The notes beneath the pieces are model-generated. The model ran no database searches. It was not told where the DNA came from and saw nothing but the letters and a program-made list of their open reading frames with translations. This document shows positions 1 to 10,830 of a stretch of DNA of 64,000 bases, in pieces (positions within the stretch are counted from its first letter, which is position 1; each line of letters begins with the position of its first letter). Origin of the DNA: Promethearchaeota archaeon (lineage in GTDB: Archaea; Asgardarchaeota; Lokiarchaeia; Sigyniarchaeales; SOKP01); NCBI GenBank assembly GCA_048941285.1, contig JBHLNS010000006.1, forward strand, positions 42,338 to 106,337, written 5' to 3'. Position numbers and translations under genes: made by a program.

Positions 1-680
1 GTATGTCAATAGAAAATTCCAGTAAACATTCTTTTCAAAAAGTTATTTCAGATGCAGGCATATCCACAACAGCCATAAAATCTATTACAGCTACAGGATA
101 TGGAAAAAGTAAAGTTTTATTTGCTAATAATTATAAAACTGAAATAAGCTGCCATGCTAAAGGAGCATATCACTATTTTCCTAAAAAACTTACAATCATC
201 GATATAGGAGGGCAGGATACTAAAGTTATTAAACTTGATGAACGGGGAAAAATCATACGGTTTAAAATGAATCGGAAATGTGCTGCAGGAACAGGGGCAT
301 TTATTGAAGAAATTGCTTATCGTCTTGATATTCCCCTAAAAGATTTAAATGACCTAGCCGCAAAGTCTACTTCAAATGTTCCACTTGCTAGTTTTTGTAC
401 CGTTTTTGCAAAAACCGAAATTCTTACTCGTATTAAAGATGGAGAAAAAGTAGAAGATTTAATAAGAAGCGCGTTTGGTTCGGTAATAAAGAGGATTATT
501 GAAATGACTGAGATTGAAGGCACAGTAGTTATTACAGGGGGTGTTATAGCTTATAACAGCATAATTGGAGAAATCTTGAAAACAGAATTAAATGCAGATA
601 TTTTAATTCCACCTTGTCCGCAATTTATAGGTGCAATAGGAGCGGCTTTATATGGTTTAGATGGTCACAATCTTACCTAA
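1..680 (+). CDS. 2-hydroxyacyl-CoA dehydratase activator (HgdC/BadFG-type ATPase), probably 5'-truncated by the window edge
   Basis: ATGYG, EISCHAKGA, IIDIGGQDTK, MNRKCAAGTGAF and SFCTVFA motifs; the N-terminal GIDxGS motif is absent. Confidence 0.9.
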   Translation, partial: MSIENSSKHSFQKVISDAGISTTAIKSITATGYGKSKVLFANNYKTEISCHAKGAYHYFPKKLTIIDIGGQDTKVIKLDERGKIIRFKMNRKCAAGTGAFIEEIAYRLDIPLKDLNDLAAKSTSNVPLASFCTVFAKTEILTRIKDGEKVEDLIRSAFGSVIKRIIEMTEIEGTVVITGGVIAYNSIIGEILKTELNADILIPPCPQFIGAIGAALYGLDGHNLT

Positions 681-723
681 TTAGTATTAAAAAAAAGAAG
701 AAATTAAGAAAAATTTAGCAGTT

Positions 724-1242
724 CTAACTTATTACTTTACCAAGTTCTTTTCTTGCTTTCTTAGTCCTCTCATTTGTGATGTAGAAACCGATAAAATATG
801 CGATAATTACAAGAAGGAAAAGACAAATTGCTGATACATAAAACCAACGTCCTCTTTCACCTACAACATCCATAATTATCCATTTAAGTAGCCAAGTTGC
901 AAGCCCACCTATTATAACAAATATAATATCAAAAAATGCATTAACAAAAGTATCTCTCCTATTTTCATATTTTAGTCCTAGTCTCCATAGAACTGTGTTT
1001 TCAAAGATTTCCCAAATCACACCCGTAATAAGAACTAATAGTAAGATAAAATACCATGGTATAAGAGCGGGTCCTATTAATAATTCCCATATAGTTATAA
1101 TTAGTGAAAATATTGAAAAAGAACCAATACCAAAGGCAATATGGCCCCAACTATAATAATCCCATGGTGACCGGCCAACATAATCCTCTAAAAGGCCTAT
1201 AAAAGGCAAATAATGTTTACTTTCTGATTCTTTATCTGACAT
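724..1242 (-). CDS. hypothetical membrane protein (~4 TM)
   Basis: 172-aa ORF with hydrophobic segments and a WDYYSWGH...WEIFEN...D pattern. Confidence 0.7.
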   Translation of the reverse strand: MSDKESESKHYLPFIGLLEDYVGRSPWDYYSWGHIAFGIGSFSIFSLIITIWELLIGPALIPWYFILLLVLITGVIWEIFENTVLWRLGLKYENRRDTFVNAFFDIIFVIIGGLATWLLKWIIMDVVGERGRWFYVSAICLFLLVIIAYFIGFYITNERTKKARKELGKVIS

Positions 1243-1803
1243 AATAATTCATTTTTTTTTGGATATTTCTAATTAAAGTATGAATTATAAAGAAATAAAT
1301 GGATTTATAATTGATCCTACTAATCGTTTGGTTAATCTTATTATAATTAATTAAATGTTTTTTAGTAATTAATTTAAATCTCTATTTTAATATGAATTAA
1401 GGTTCCTTAGGTGAATTTTAAAAATTAATAGAGAAACTAACAACCGAGTAAGCTTCTAAATTAATTTGTCGGTTCCATTCGAAATTTTAAAACATAATCA
1501 TTTTTGGGTATTTTAAAAAGATTTTACTCTTATTAAGATCTTAATAAAATTCAAAATTATTTTTCCTAAAATGAAGAGGAACAAAAATTTTTGAAAAACT
1601 TTGGAAAATACTTTTCAAAAAAATCTAATTATTTCGTTTTTCATGAGAGAAAAATTTTGTTTTTTAATTAAAATTATGGACTTTTTTAGCTTTTATTTTT
1701 AAAAAAAGGATGTAATAGAGAAATATAAAAAATATAGTCTCATAATGTTATCATAGCAATTATATTTACGGAATAATGGAACAGAACGTTCATAAGATTC
1801 ACG

Positions 1804-1820
1804 AAACATTTATTAAGATG
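1804..1820 (+). promoter_or_regulatory. putative BRE/TATA promoter with no protein gene downstream
   Basis: AAACATTTATTAAGATG, identical 17-mer to 27526-27542, which lies just upstream of a gene start. Confidence 0.5.
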
Positions 1821-1831
1821 TTTGACTAGAT

Positions 1832-1934
1832 ACATAATAGAAAAAAATTAATTTTTTTTCTAGTAGTGGAATGTAAAAGCCATATTTATTCCTCCACGAA
1901 TAATAAAAACACATTCCATTACTCCATTTTTTTT
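1832..1934 (+). ncRNA. candidate structured small RNA (two hairpins + T8 tract)
   Basis: Stem 1838-1847/1853-1862; stem 1862-1874/1911-1923 (13 bp, one G-U) with inner TATTC/GAATA stem; T-tract 1927-1934; upstream TATA. Confidence 0.35.
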
Positions 1935-2053
1935 CATAAGCAATAATCTTTTTTATATCCTATAAATTATTGCTAAGTTTAATTTTGTAAATATAGCTTA
2001 ATTAACTAATAACATAGTTTTAAGAAACCTTTTATATTTAATACCTCTTCATG

Positions 2054-3247
2054 TTAATCTATAGCTTTGCTTTTCATAAATTCTTTAATAAGTGCAGGTA
2101 GAACTTCATGTAGGTCAGCTACTATCCCATAATGAGCCACATTAAAAATAGGAGCATTTGGATCTTTATTAATTGCTACAATAATTTCTGAATTCTGCAT
2201 TCCAACTAAATGTTGAATCGCTCCGGATATTCCACATGCAATATACAATTTCGGTGAAACAGTTTTTCCAGTCTGACCTATTTGTCTATCTTGATTAAGC
2301 CAATTTAATTCAACAGTCACTCTCGATCCTCCTAACTCAGCACCTAAAATTTCTGCTAATTTTTCTATTATTTTAAAATTCTCCTTTGAGCCAACTCCTC
2401 GCCCTCCTGCTATAATAATATCTGCATCCTCAAGATTTACTTGTTCTTTATGTTTAGTAATAACTTTAAGGATTTTAGTAACTGAATCTTTTTGTTTAAA
2501 GTCGTAGTCTATCTTTCTTATCTTTACTTTTCTTTTTACGCTTTTTAATGCCTTGAATGTACCAGGTCTTACAGTTGCCACTTGCGGTCTACTATTTGGA
2601 GTCCTTATAGTAGCCATTATATTACCTCCAAAAGTTGGACGTGTTTGTAATAAATTTCGAGTATATAAATCAATATCTAAACCTGTACAGTCTGCGGTTA
2701 AACCGGCATTAAGCCTTTTAGCCATTCTTGGTGCAAAATCTCTACCCGTTGGAGTTGCACCAATTAAAACGATTTCTGGTTTATTTTCTTGTATTAATTC
2801 TGTTAGTACTTGAACATACAAATCAGAATAGTAATGTTTCAATATTGGTGATTTTATGTAAATTATTTCATCAGCACCATATTGGGTTAAATTCTTCAGT
2901 TCTTCATCAATATTAGCAGCAAGAATTATAAGTGATAAACCTACTTCTAGCAAATCTGCTAATTCTCTCCCTTTTCCTAACAATTGAAAGGCTACTGGGT
3001 GAATTTCATTGTTGTAATGTTCTGCTATGACCCAAACTCCACTATAATCAGAAAGATCCTTCTTTTCAATAATCTTACTTTCTATTGTGATTGCCTCGAC
3101 AGGACAGACTTCTATACAGGCACCGCAAAGATTACATTTTTCATTCATAACAGCCTTATTATCAATTATTTCAATTCCTCCATAGGGACAGTTATCTAAG
3201 CAACTAGCACATCCAGTACACAGTTCATCATCAATTATAATGCTCAA
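2054..3247 (-). CDS. etfA: electron transfer flavoprotein alpha subunit with N-terminal 2x[4Fe-4S] ferredoxin domain
   Basis: CTGCASCLDNCP and CNLCGACIEVCP, then GLTADC, RPTFGG, QIGQTGKTV, GISGAIQH, AINKD. Confidence 0.95.
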   Translation of the reverse strand: MSIIIDDELCTGCASCLDNCPYGGIEIIDNKAVMNEKCNLCGACIEVCPVEAITIESKIIEKKDLSDYSGVWVIAEHYNNEIHPVAFQLLGKGRELADLLEVGLSLIILAANIDEELKNLTQYGADEIIYIKSPILKHYYSDLYVQVLTELIQENKPEIVLIGATPTGRDFAPRMAKRLNAGLTADCTGLDIDLYTRNLLQTRPTFGGNIMATIRTPNSRPQVATVRPGTFKALKSVKRKVKIRKIDYDFKQKDSVTKILKVITKHKEQVNLEDADIIIAGGRGVGSKENFKIIEKLAEILGAELGGSRVTVELNWLNQDRQIGQTGKTVSPKLYIACGISGAIQHLVGMQNSEIIVAINKDPNAPIFNVAHYGIVADLHEVLPALIKEFMKSKAID

Positions 3248-3260
3248 TCTTAAAAACTCC

Positions 3261-4079
3261 TTATATTACTTTATCATTCTTTAGATTTCTCAATAATTTT
3301 TGTGTAATTTCTTCTATTGTTCCCTCTAAGATAATTCGATCTCCCTTTCTTTCCGGAGTAAATATTTTCCACACTTCTGTCATTGAACCCTTTAAACCTA
3401 TTTTAGACTCCTCGGCATTAAGCGCTTTTGCATCTAAATATGAGATTTGCTTTTTTTCATATGCTCCTATTATTCCTAACATGGACGGATATCTTGGTAT
3501 ATTGATCTCCTTCAAAACAGAAATCAAAGCTGGTAATTTAGTTTCGATAATCACGACTTCTTCTTTTCGAAAAGCTCTTTGAACAATTATGGCATCTTCT
3601 TTCAGCTCAAACTTTTGAACATAAGTGATTTGCGGGATCTCTAATTCTTCGGCAATCATAGATCCAACTTGAGCTGTATCCCCGTCTATTGCATTAGTGC
3701 CACAAATAACAAGGAATTTTTCACAATTTCTAGATTCCTTTAGAATTTTGTTAATTGCTAGGGATAAAGTATATGATGTTGCGAGCGTATCCGCACCCGC
3801 AAAAAGTCTATCTGTTAATAAATATGCTTGATCTGCACCCATAGCTAAGGCTTCGCGTAAGATCTCTTCTGCTTGAGGTGGACCCATACTTATTGTAATT
3901 ACTTCTGCACCGTACATCTCCTTTATCGATAGAGCTAATTCAATCGCATTTTTATCAAGTGGATTTATAATAGATGGTATACCTTCTCTAACTAGGGTAT
4001 TAGTTTTAGGATCGATCTTAACTTCTGGTACAGCTGGTACTTGTTTAATGCAAACAAAGACTTGAAATTTTTTTTTCAT
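3261..4079 (-). CDS. etfB: electron transfer flavoprotein beta subunit
   Basis: VCIKQVP, INPLD, SMGPP, ALAMGAD, FAGADTLATS, DGDTAQVG. Confidence 0.95.
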   Translation of the reverse strand: MKKKFQVFVCIKQVPAVPEVKIDPKTNTLVREGIPSIINPLDKNAIELALSIKEMYGAEVITISMGPPQAEEILREALAMGADQAYLLTDRLFAGADTLATSYTLSLAINKILKESRNCEKFLVICGTNAIDGDTAQVGSMIAEELEIPQITYVQKFELKEDAIIVQRAFRKEEVVIIETKLPALISVLKEINIPRYPSMLGIIGAYEKKQISYLDAKALNAEESKIGLKGSMTEVWKIFTPERKGDRIILEGTIEEITQKLLRNLKNDKVI

Positions 4080-5236
4080 TATTGAATTCCTTTTCGTAAT
4101 AGATGATTAGCTATTACTAACCTCTGAATTTCAGAAGTACCTTCATAAATTTCTCCCATTTTAGCATCACGGAAATATCTCTCAACAGGATATGCTTTCA
4201 TCAGTCCATAGCCTCCATGTATTTGAACTGCATCATGTGCTGCTTGCATTGCAGCTTCAGATGCCACTAATTTTGCCATCGAACTTGTATACCCATATTC
4301 TTTTCCTTTATCACATAAGTATGCAGCTTTATAAGTAATTAAACGACCAGATTCAACCGTACATGCCATATTGGAGATCATCCATTGTATTCCTTGAAAT
4401 CTTCCTATAGGCTGTCCGAATTGAACTCTTTCATTTGCATATTTAATAGAAGCTTCTAATGCTGCTTGTCCTAACCCCACACATTGAGCAGCTATAGAGA
4501 TCCTCCCAAAATCTAAGGTTTGCATTGCTAATTTGAATCCTTCTCCTCTCTTACCCAAAATATTCTCCTCTGGGACACGAACATCTTGAAAAACCAATTC
4601 TGATGTATCTGAACCTCGAACTCCTAATTTATCTTCTTTTACACCAACAGAATAACCAGGAGTGTCAGTATTAACTATAAAAATTGTTAATTCCTTTCTT
4701 TTATTTATTTCTCCAGTTTTTGCTACAACTAATAATGTCTTTGCAATACCTCCATTTGTAGCAAATATTTTACTTCCATTTAAAATCCATTCATTACCAT
4801 CCTTTTCTGCTTTTAATTGCACTCCAGCGGCATCAGAACCTGCATTAGCTTCTGTTAAACAAAAAGCCCCGATTTTTTCTCCTTTAGCTAATGGAACTAA
4901 GAATTTTTTCTTTTGTTCTTCAGTTCCAAATCGATAAAGGGGGCTTGCAACAACAGAACAATGAACTCCTGTGGTGATCGACCAAGAAGCATCCACTCGT
5001 CCAATTTCTTCTGTGACGATACAAAAACTTAATGTATCATTATGAAGACCTGCCCCCCCATACTCTTCTGGGATACAAGTGCCAAAGTAATTCATTTCTT
5101 TCATCTTTTCCATAACTATGGGATCTAATTCTTGCTTATGGTCGCTCTCTTGGGCTACAGGCGCAATATATTTCTCAGCAAATTCTCGTGTAACTTTCTT
5201 TAACATTTTTTGCTTTTCAGTTAAGCTAAAATCCAT
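4079..5236 (-). CDS. acyl-CoA dehydrogenase (butyryl-CoA dehydrogenase-like)
   Basis: FCLTEANAGSDA, LNGSKIFATNG, QIHGGYG, IYEGTSEIQR; stop overlaps etfB start. Confidence 0.93.
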   Translation of the reverse strand: MDFSLTEKQKMLKKVTREFAEKYIAPVAQESDHKQELDPIVMEKMKEMNYFGTCIPEEYGGAGLHNDTLSFCIVTEEIGRVDASWSITTGVHCSVVASPLYRFGTEEQKKKFLVPLAKGEKIGAFCLTEANAGSDAAGVQLKAEKDGNEWILNGSKIFATNGGIAKTLLVVAKTGEINKRKELTIFIVNTDTPGYSVGVKEDKLGVRGSDTSELVFQDVRVPEENILGKRGEGFKLAMQTLDFGRISIAAQCVGLGQAALEASIKYANERVQFGQPIGRFQGIQWMISNMACTVESGRLITYKAAYLCDKGKEYGYTSSMAKLVASEAAMQAAHDAVQIHGGYGLMKAYPVERYFRDAKMGEIYEGTSEIQRLVIANHLLRKGIQ

Positions 5237-5563
5237 AATAAATCAACAATTTCTTTACTCTTTTATCTAAATTGTACTTTTGATGTAATCTATTTGAAAA
5301 AATTAGTTAATAATCATAATTATATTTTATTAAATTTTTAACACATAGGAGTGAAGGCTACTTGTTGTTTATTATCTTAACATTAAGTAAGGATATATTT
5401 GTACACAATTTTTATATATTAATGAAATTAAACTATATATTAAACTACTTAATTAAATAAATAAGTTTTTAAGCAAAATTAAAAACAGAACGAATATTGT
5501 TTACTCTTGTTTTTGAGATTGTTTTTTAAAAAATTTTACCTAAAAAAGAGGAAAGAAATTAAA

Positions 5564-6841
5564 ATGGAAATTGAACAAGTTTTTTTAAAACTTTTTGGGA
5601 GGAATCTCATAAGTTATAAAAAGCTTGAAAATGGCCAAGTAAAAGGTTCAGGGATTCTTAATCCCATCCTCGATAGATTTGTAGTATACCGTTTAATTTT
5701 TATGCTTCTATTACAAGCAAGTTTCTATAAACAATATAATAACATAGGGAAATGGAAAGGAAAGTATCAGGTAGCAAATACATTTGCTCCCCCAGTCGGA
5801 AGCAAACCAATGTTTCGTGCTTTAAAAGGATTAATAAAATCACAACTGATGCCTTATCCATTTCCATTAGCAATGACTTTCGCTGTTAGTTATAAATGTC
5901 AATGTAATTGTGTTCATTGCAGTGCTGGAAAGCATCTTAGGAAAGATAGGAAGGAACTTACCACAGAAGAGGCGAAGAAACTAATAGATGAAGCTCAGGA
6001 TTTAGGAGTATCTATTATTACTTTTACTGGAGGAGAGCCTTTATTACGTGAAGACATTTTCGAACTTATTTCTTATGTAGATACCAAAAAAGCAATGCCA
6101 ATGATGTTTACAAATGGAGAGTTTCTCACAGATGAAAATGTGGAGAAACTAGCGGATGCAGGTCTCTATTCAGTTTTTTTAAGTATAGATTCGCCTAATC
6201 CAGAAGAACATGATACTTTACGAAGAAGACCTGGGCTCTTCGAGATTGCAATCGAAGGTCTTTTAAAAGCTAAATCAAAAGGAATTTTTGTGGGATTTTC
6301 TAGTTATGCTACCCACACAGGTGCCGATCGAGGTATATATCAGCAGCTATATAAGTATGGGAAAGAATTAGGGGTTCAAAATATCTTACTTTTCGATTGT
6401 GTACCAACTGGAAAAATGTTACATGATACAAGTGAAATGTTAACATTTGAACAGAGGGAAGTGCTACATCAATTCTCTGCTGAAAAATTCAGAAACAGTG
6501 ACCTACCGCCACTTTCGTCACAAAGTTGGCAAAATTCTGTAGAGGCATATTTATCGGGAATAGGATGTTTAGGAGGAAATATTCAGTTCTACGCTTCTGC
6601 TTATGGAGATATTTGTCCTTGTGATTTCGCTCCTCTTTCTTTTGGAAATGTTCGAAAAGAGTCACTAAAAAAGATATGGATGCGAATGGTAAAACACCCC
6701 GCTTATAATCATCGAGTCCCATTCTGTAGAATGCAAAATCCAGGTTTCAGAAAGTATTACATTGATCCTATTCCTGATGATGCATATTTGCCTTACCCTA
6801 TAAATAAACTTCCAAGCGTAGATTATCGGATAGAGAATTAG
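5564..6841 (+). CDS. radical SAM/SPASM-twitch domain protein
   Basis: CQCNCVHC (CxxxCxxC), FTGGEPLLR, C-terminal GC...GDICPC; ATG at 5564 follows GAGG (track start 5507). Confidence 0.88.
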   Translation: MEIEQVFLKLFGRNLISYKKLENGQVKGSGILNPILDRFVVYRLIFMLLLQASFYKQYNNIGKWKGKYQVANTFAPPVGSKPMFRALKGLIKSQLMPYPFPLAMTFAVSYKCQCNCVHCSAGKHLRKDRKELTTEEAKKLIDEAQDLGVSIITFTGGEPLLREDIFELISYVDTKKAMPMMFTNGEFLTDENVEKLADAGLYSVFLSIDSPNPEEHDTLRRRPGLFEIAIEGLLKAKSKGIFVGFSSYATHTGADRGIYQQLYKYGKELGVQNILLFDCVPTGKMLHDTSEMLTFEQREVLHQFSAEKFRNSDLPPLSSQSWQNSVEAYLSGIGCLGGNIQFYASAYGDICPCDFAPLSFGNVRKESLKKIWMRMVKHPAYNHRVPFCRMQNPGFRKYYIDPIPDDAYLPYPINKLPSVDYRIEN

Positions 6842-6898
6842 TTTATTCTATTTTCCCTATACTTATATTTTTAAAAAAAAAAATTAAAATATATTTAT

Positions 6899-7624
6899 TT
6901 AATCCATTTTTAATAATTTTTTTACCCAGTTAGGTAATACTAACCCGATATAAAATTCAAGAGAGCTTGATAATAAGATTAACCTTGCTATAAGATATGT
7001 AATCGGTGTCGGTATTGCAAAATCTAATACTGTGCCAATAGTGAAAGAAATGAAAGCTATCAAGAGAAATTTGCCTTTCATGTGTATATCTAGTTCTTCA
7101 GAGCGAAGAGAAACTCTAGAAAAGGGTATACCAACTAGTAAAAAGACTATCAAACTAAATATAAAATATATTTGACTGGGGATAGACCACTCTAGAATAA
7201 AAATGTCTTCGAATGCTGCAATAAAAGACAAATCTATAAAGAGAAAGATAAAGAAGTAGATTTCGTATGCTATATTAGCACAGACATCGATAATAAAAAA
7301 GATTTTCTTATTCTTTTTATTTAGTGGTAATACTTTTAGAAAAGCAATGAGTCCTATAGTAATTGTTATGGGTAAAAATGCAATACCTAAAACTACATAT
7401 ATTGCTATATTAATAGCTCCACCAGTTACAAGAACCATTATAAAAGTAATTATATTTGGCCACCAAGGAGTTGTCATTCCAATCCAAAATATGCCAAATA
7501 ACAGAAATTCATTTCTTTTAAGCTCAAAATATCTTGACACTATTCTTAATCCAAGTATAATTGATATAACTACGAACAATATAGTTAGGCTTCCATGTAA
7601 TACTTCTAATAGGTCTAAGACCAT
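6899..7624 (-). CDS. polytopic (~7 TM) hypothetical membrane protein
   Basis: 241 aa, seven hydrophobic stretches, C-terminal G..LPNWVKK. Confidence 0.75.
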   Translation of the reverse strand: MVLDLLEVLHGSLTILFVVISIILGLRIVSRYFELKRNEFLLFGIFWIGMTTPWWPNIITFIMVLVTGGAINIAIYVVLGIAFLPITITIGLIAFLKVLPLNKKNKKIFFIIDVCANIAYEIYFFIFLFIDLSFIAAFEDIFILEWSIPSQIYFIFSLIVFLLVGIPFSRVSLRSEELDIHMKGKFLLIAFISFTIGTVLDFAIPTPITYLIARLILLSSSLEFYIGLVLPNWVKKLLKMD

Positions 7625-7805
7625 GCAAAATCACTGTAATTTAATTTTTTTGTTAAAAGTCATTTTTTTAAATATAATCTTTATACAATAAAACCCTTAA
7701 TATAGCTTTATTCACTGATTTTCCAATATTGTCAATAAGCTAAACAACGATTTATAATTAGGAATTATAATTAGAATTAAATCTACAACAAGCATTATTT
7801 AAAAT

Positions 7806-8615
7806 ATGGATAGTGAAGATCAACATTTTGAGGTTTCAAAACTTAAGGATTATCTATATGTAATAAAAGAAAATATCTCGTTAGTCCATCCTGTTTATAC
7901 TAATGATCCTCTTAATATGTATTTACTTTTAGGATCTCATACAGCTCTTTTAATTGATACAGGATGTGGCCTTTCACCTCTAAAACCAATCGTAGATAAG
8001 TTGGTAGGTGAGAAAAAACTTTTAGTTTTCAATACTCACTATCATTGGGATCACCCTCTAGGTAATGTGGAATTTAAAGAGGTATATATTCATGAAAATG
8101 AATTAGATATTGTTTCAAAACCTTATGATGTTTCATATTTTAAAGATTCTCCTAATAAAATTGTACGGATATATGCAGAACAGAATTTTTTAATCCCACC
8201 AGCCAAAATAGTTAGGCCCTTAAAAGATGGAGATAAGTTTAATTTGGGCGAAATAAAATTAAAAGTGATTCATTGTCCTGGCCATTCTCCTGGCTCTATA
8301 TGCTTGTTAACATCATCAGGTGAGCTTTTTACTAGTGATGTTGCTTATTATGGAGATCAGTTCCTACCTAAAAAAGAGATGTTTCCTCAAGTTCTTAAAA
8401 CTCTTTCTAAATTAATAGCGTTATGTGAAATGGAAAAAAATCTTGAACTTTATCCATCTCATAGAAAGTGTCCGTGTGATAAGACTCTTTTAACAGATTT
8501 ATACAATGAAATTGAAAATATAGAGAATTTATGGGATACGAAAAAAGCCTTTGATTTCTTTGAAGCTTGGCAGATTGATGGTAATAAATTTAGATTCTTT
8601 ATATCTCGAAGGTAA
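7806..8615 (+). CDS. MBL-fold metallo-hydrolase
   Basis: LIDTG, THYHWDH (HxHxDH), PGHSPGS, FTSD. Confidence 0.9.
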   Translation: MDSEDQHFEVSKLKDYLYVIKENISLVHPVYTNDPLNMYLLLGSHTALLIDTGCGLSPLKPIVDKLVGEKKLLVFNTHYHWDHPLGNVEFKEVYIHENELDIVSKPYDVSYFKDSPNKIVRIYAEQNFLIPPAKIVRPLKDGDKFNLGEIKLKVIHCPGHSPGSICLLTSSGELFTSDVAYYGDQFLPKKEMFPQVLKTLSKLIALCEMEKNLELYPSHRKCPCDKTLLTDLYNEIENIENLWDTKKAFDFFEAWQIDGNKFRFFISRR

Positions 8616-8773
8616 AATATATCTTTTCTATTATAATTCTATATTTTATAATACAAATCCTAAAATAATCAAAAAATTTTTTTTAAACTCATAAAGATAT
8701 TATAAGATTCTTTTAAAATCTTGAAATATGAAAACGCTAATAGTAAAAAAGTTAAATATAAAAGTGTATTATT

Positions 8774-10282
8774 ATGGAAGATGTTTCAGAATTTTCTGTA
8801 ATGAAAGAAGGTATAAATTATAAATATTATTTAAATGGGCAATGGCAAAAATCAACTTCAGATAAAGTAATACCTGTTTATAATCCATATAATCATGAAC
8901 TAATTGGAAACATACAAGCTTGTACAAAGAATGAGGTAGATGAACTTATACAAGCAGCTCATGAAAATATCAATTGTTGGGACAACATACCTTTAAATAA
9001 GCGAGCGGATATTTTAAATAAAGCAGCTGATTTAATGTTAAAGTGGTCAAAATCTTTAGGCTTTTTATTAATGAAGGAGATAGGAAAACCAATTAATAGT
9101 GCAATATCTGAAATTATCCGAACAGCAGAAATTTTTAAAGCAACTGCAGATTCAAGCTTGCAGGTATCAGGTGAAACAATTTTAGGTGACGCTTTTGAAG
9201 GTTATACGAAAGAAAAAGTATCTATGACATATAGAGTTCCATTAGGAGTTGTTTTATGTATAGGGCCATTTAATTACCCATTTAATTTAACTGGTTCTAA
9301 AATTGCTCCAGCACTTATTGCAGGGAATACTGTGGTAATGAAACCTCCAACTCAAGGGCCTATAACCGCCCTTCATTTTGGAATTATTTTGGAAAAAGCC
9401 GGTGTACCTCCTGGAGCATTTCACATCATAACCGGCCGTGGATCAGAGATTGGAGATTATTTAGTTAGTCATCCTTTGATAGATATGATTAATTTCACTG
9501 GATCTTCTGAAACTGGGAAAAGTTTAGCAAAAGTTGCAGGGATGAAACCTTTATTACTTGAATTAGGAGGAAAAGACGCTGCAATAGTGTTAGACGATGC
9601 TGATTTAGAAATTACTGTACAAGCAATAGTTTCAGGCGCTTTTTCTTATAGCGGGCAACGTTGTACTGCCGTAAAACGAGTATTACCAATGCCTGGTATA
9701 GCTAATAAATTAATTGAAAAAGTAACAAAAGAAACTCTTAAGTTATCAGTAGGAGATCCAGCAGAAAACAAAACAATTGGACCACTTATAAGTTCAGAAC
9801 AATGTAATTATGTTGAAGGTTTAATAAACGATGCAATTGATAAGGGAGCAACCTTAAAATGTGGAAATAAACGCGAAGGTAATATTATCTGGCCTACAAT
9901 TTTAGATAATGTTAATACTAATATGAGGATCGCTTGGGAAGAACCTTTCGGACCAGTGCTTCCTTTTATTCGTATTAAAAGTGCTGAAGAAGCTATAGAA
10001 ATTTCAAATAAATCAGAATATGGCCTTCAAGGAATGATTTTTACAAATGATATTGATCTTGCATTTAATATTGCACAAGAATTAGAGGTCGGAACTGTTC
10101 AAATTAACGGGAAGAGTGCTCGTGGTCCAGATCATTTTCCTTTTTTAGGAACCAAATCTTCTGGTCTAGGTACTCAAGGTATAAGATATTCTATCGAAGC
10201 TATGAGCCGCCCCAAAGTGGTAGTTATCAATCTTTCTGAAAAGGGAAAATTAGTAAAACAATGTTTTTCTCCAAATGAATAG
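8774..10282 (+). CDS. gapN: non-phosphorylating NADP-dependent glyceraldehyde-3-phosphate dehydrogenase (ALDH family)
   Basis: PFNYPFNL, KPPTQG, FTGS, LELGGKD, FSYSGQRCTAVKR, EEPFGP, RGPDHFPFLG. Confidence 0.85.
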   Translation: MEDVSEFSVMKEGINYKYYLNGQWQKSTSDKVIPVYNPYNHELIGNIQACTKNEVDELIQAAHENINCWDNIPLNKRADILNKAADLMLKWSKSLGFLLMKEIGKPINSAISEIIRTAEIFKATADSSLQVSGETILGDAFEGYTKEKVSMTYRVPLGVVLCIGPFNYPFNLTGSKIAPALIAGNTVVMKPPTQGPITALHFGIILEKAGVPPGAFHIITGRGSEIGDYLVSHPLIDMINFTGSSETGKSLAKVAGMKPLLLELGGKDAAIVLDDADLEITVQAIVSGAFSYSGQRCTAVKRVLPMPGIANKLIEKVTKETLKLSVGDPAENKTIGPLISSEQCNYVEGLINDAIDKGATLKCGNKREGNIIWPTILDNVNTNMRIAWEEPFGPVLPFIRIKSAEEAIEISNKSEYGLQGMIFTNDIDLAFNIAQELEVGTVQINGKSARGPDHFPFLGTKSSGLGTQGIRYSIEAMSRPKVVVINLSEKGKLVKQCFSPNE

Positions 10283-10508
10283 ATTAAGTTTCGAGCCGAA
10301 AATGAATTAAATTGAATGAAATTATGAACTTCTCAAATCTTTGAAAATAAAAATATTTAATAGGTAAGGATTTTCAAAGTTATAGATATCTTGGTAATTT
10401 TTACTAATCTTGAATGAATCCTCCAAAATCACCTTTAAGAAACATAATTTTTTCTGAAAATTTAAAAAAAGAGAAAGATAATGAATTTAATAAAAACACA
10501 ATAAAAAA

Positions 10509-10700
10509 ATGATTCCAAGAAAAATTATTGAAGGATTAGTAGACAATTATGTTTATGTCTACATTAAAAATTTAGGTAAAGAATTTGCTGGAAAAATTAA
10601 TTCTATAACTGATTCGGATATAGTTGTTTTAGAAGATAAAAATGAGAATCTCTCTTATATTCCAATTTCAGAAATAACTGTCATTACTGAACGAAGATAA
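10509..10700 (+). CDS. small Sm/Lsm-like beta-barrel protein
   Basis: 63 aa; V.V....G.EF.G.I....D.VVL......YIP.SEI..I resembles Sm1/Sm2. Confidence 0.55.
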   Translation: MIPRKIIEGLVDNYVYVYIKNLGKEFAGKINSITDSDIVVLEDKNENLSYIPISEITVITERR

Positions 10701-10830
10701 CTGTTAAATTTTCATTAACAAACCAATAATTACGATAGAATTGTTCTATTAAAAACAAAAAAATTACCATGTTAATTATATATTAAAATCATTTGAAAAT
10801 TATTTATAACGTGAAATATGAGATATTAAT

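Noticed and set aside
1862-1923. Hairpin as a SECIS element in the etfA 3' region
   Set aside because: No in-frame UGA in the bcd-etf operon and no AUGA/GA core on the minus strand
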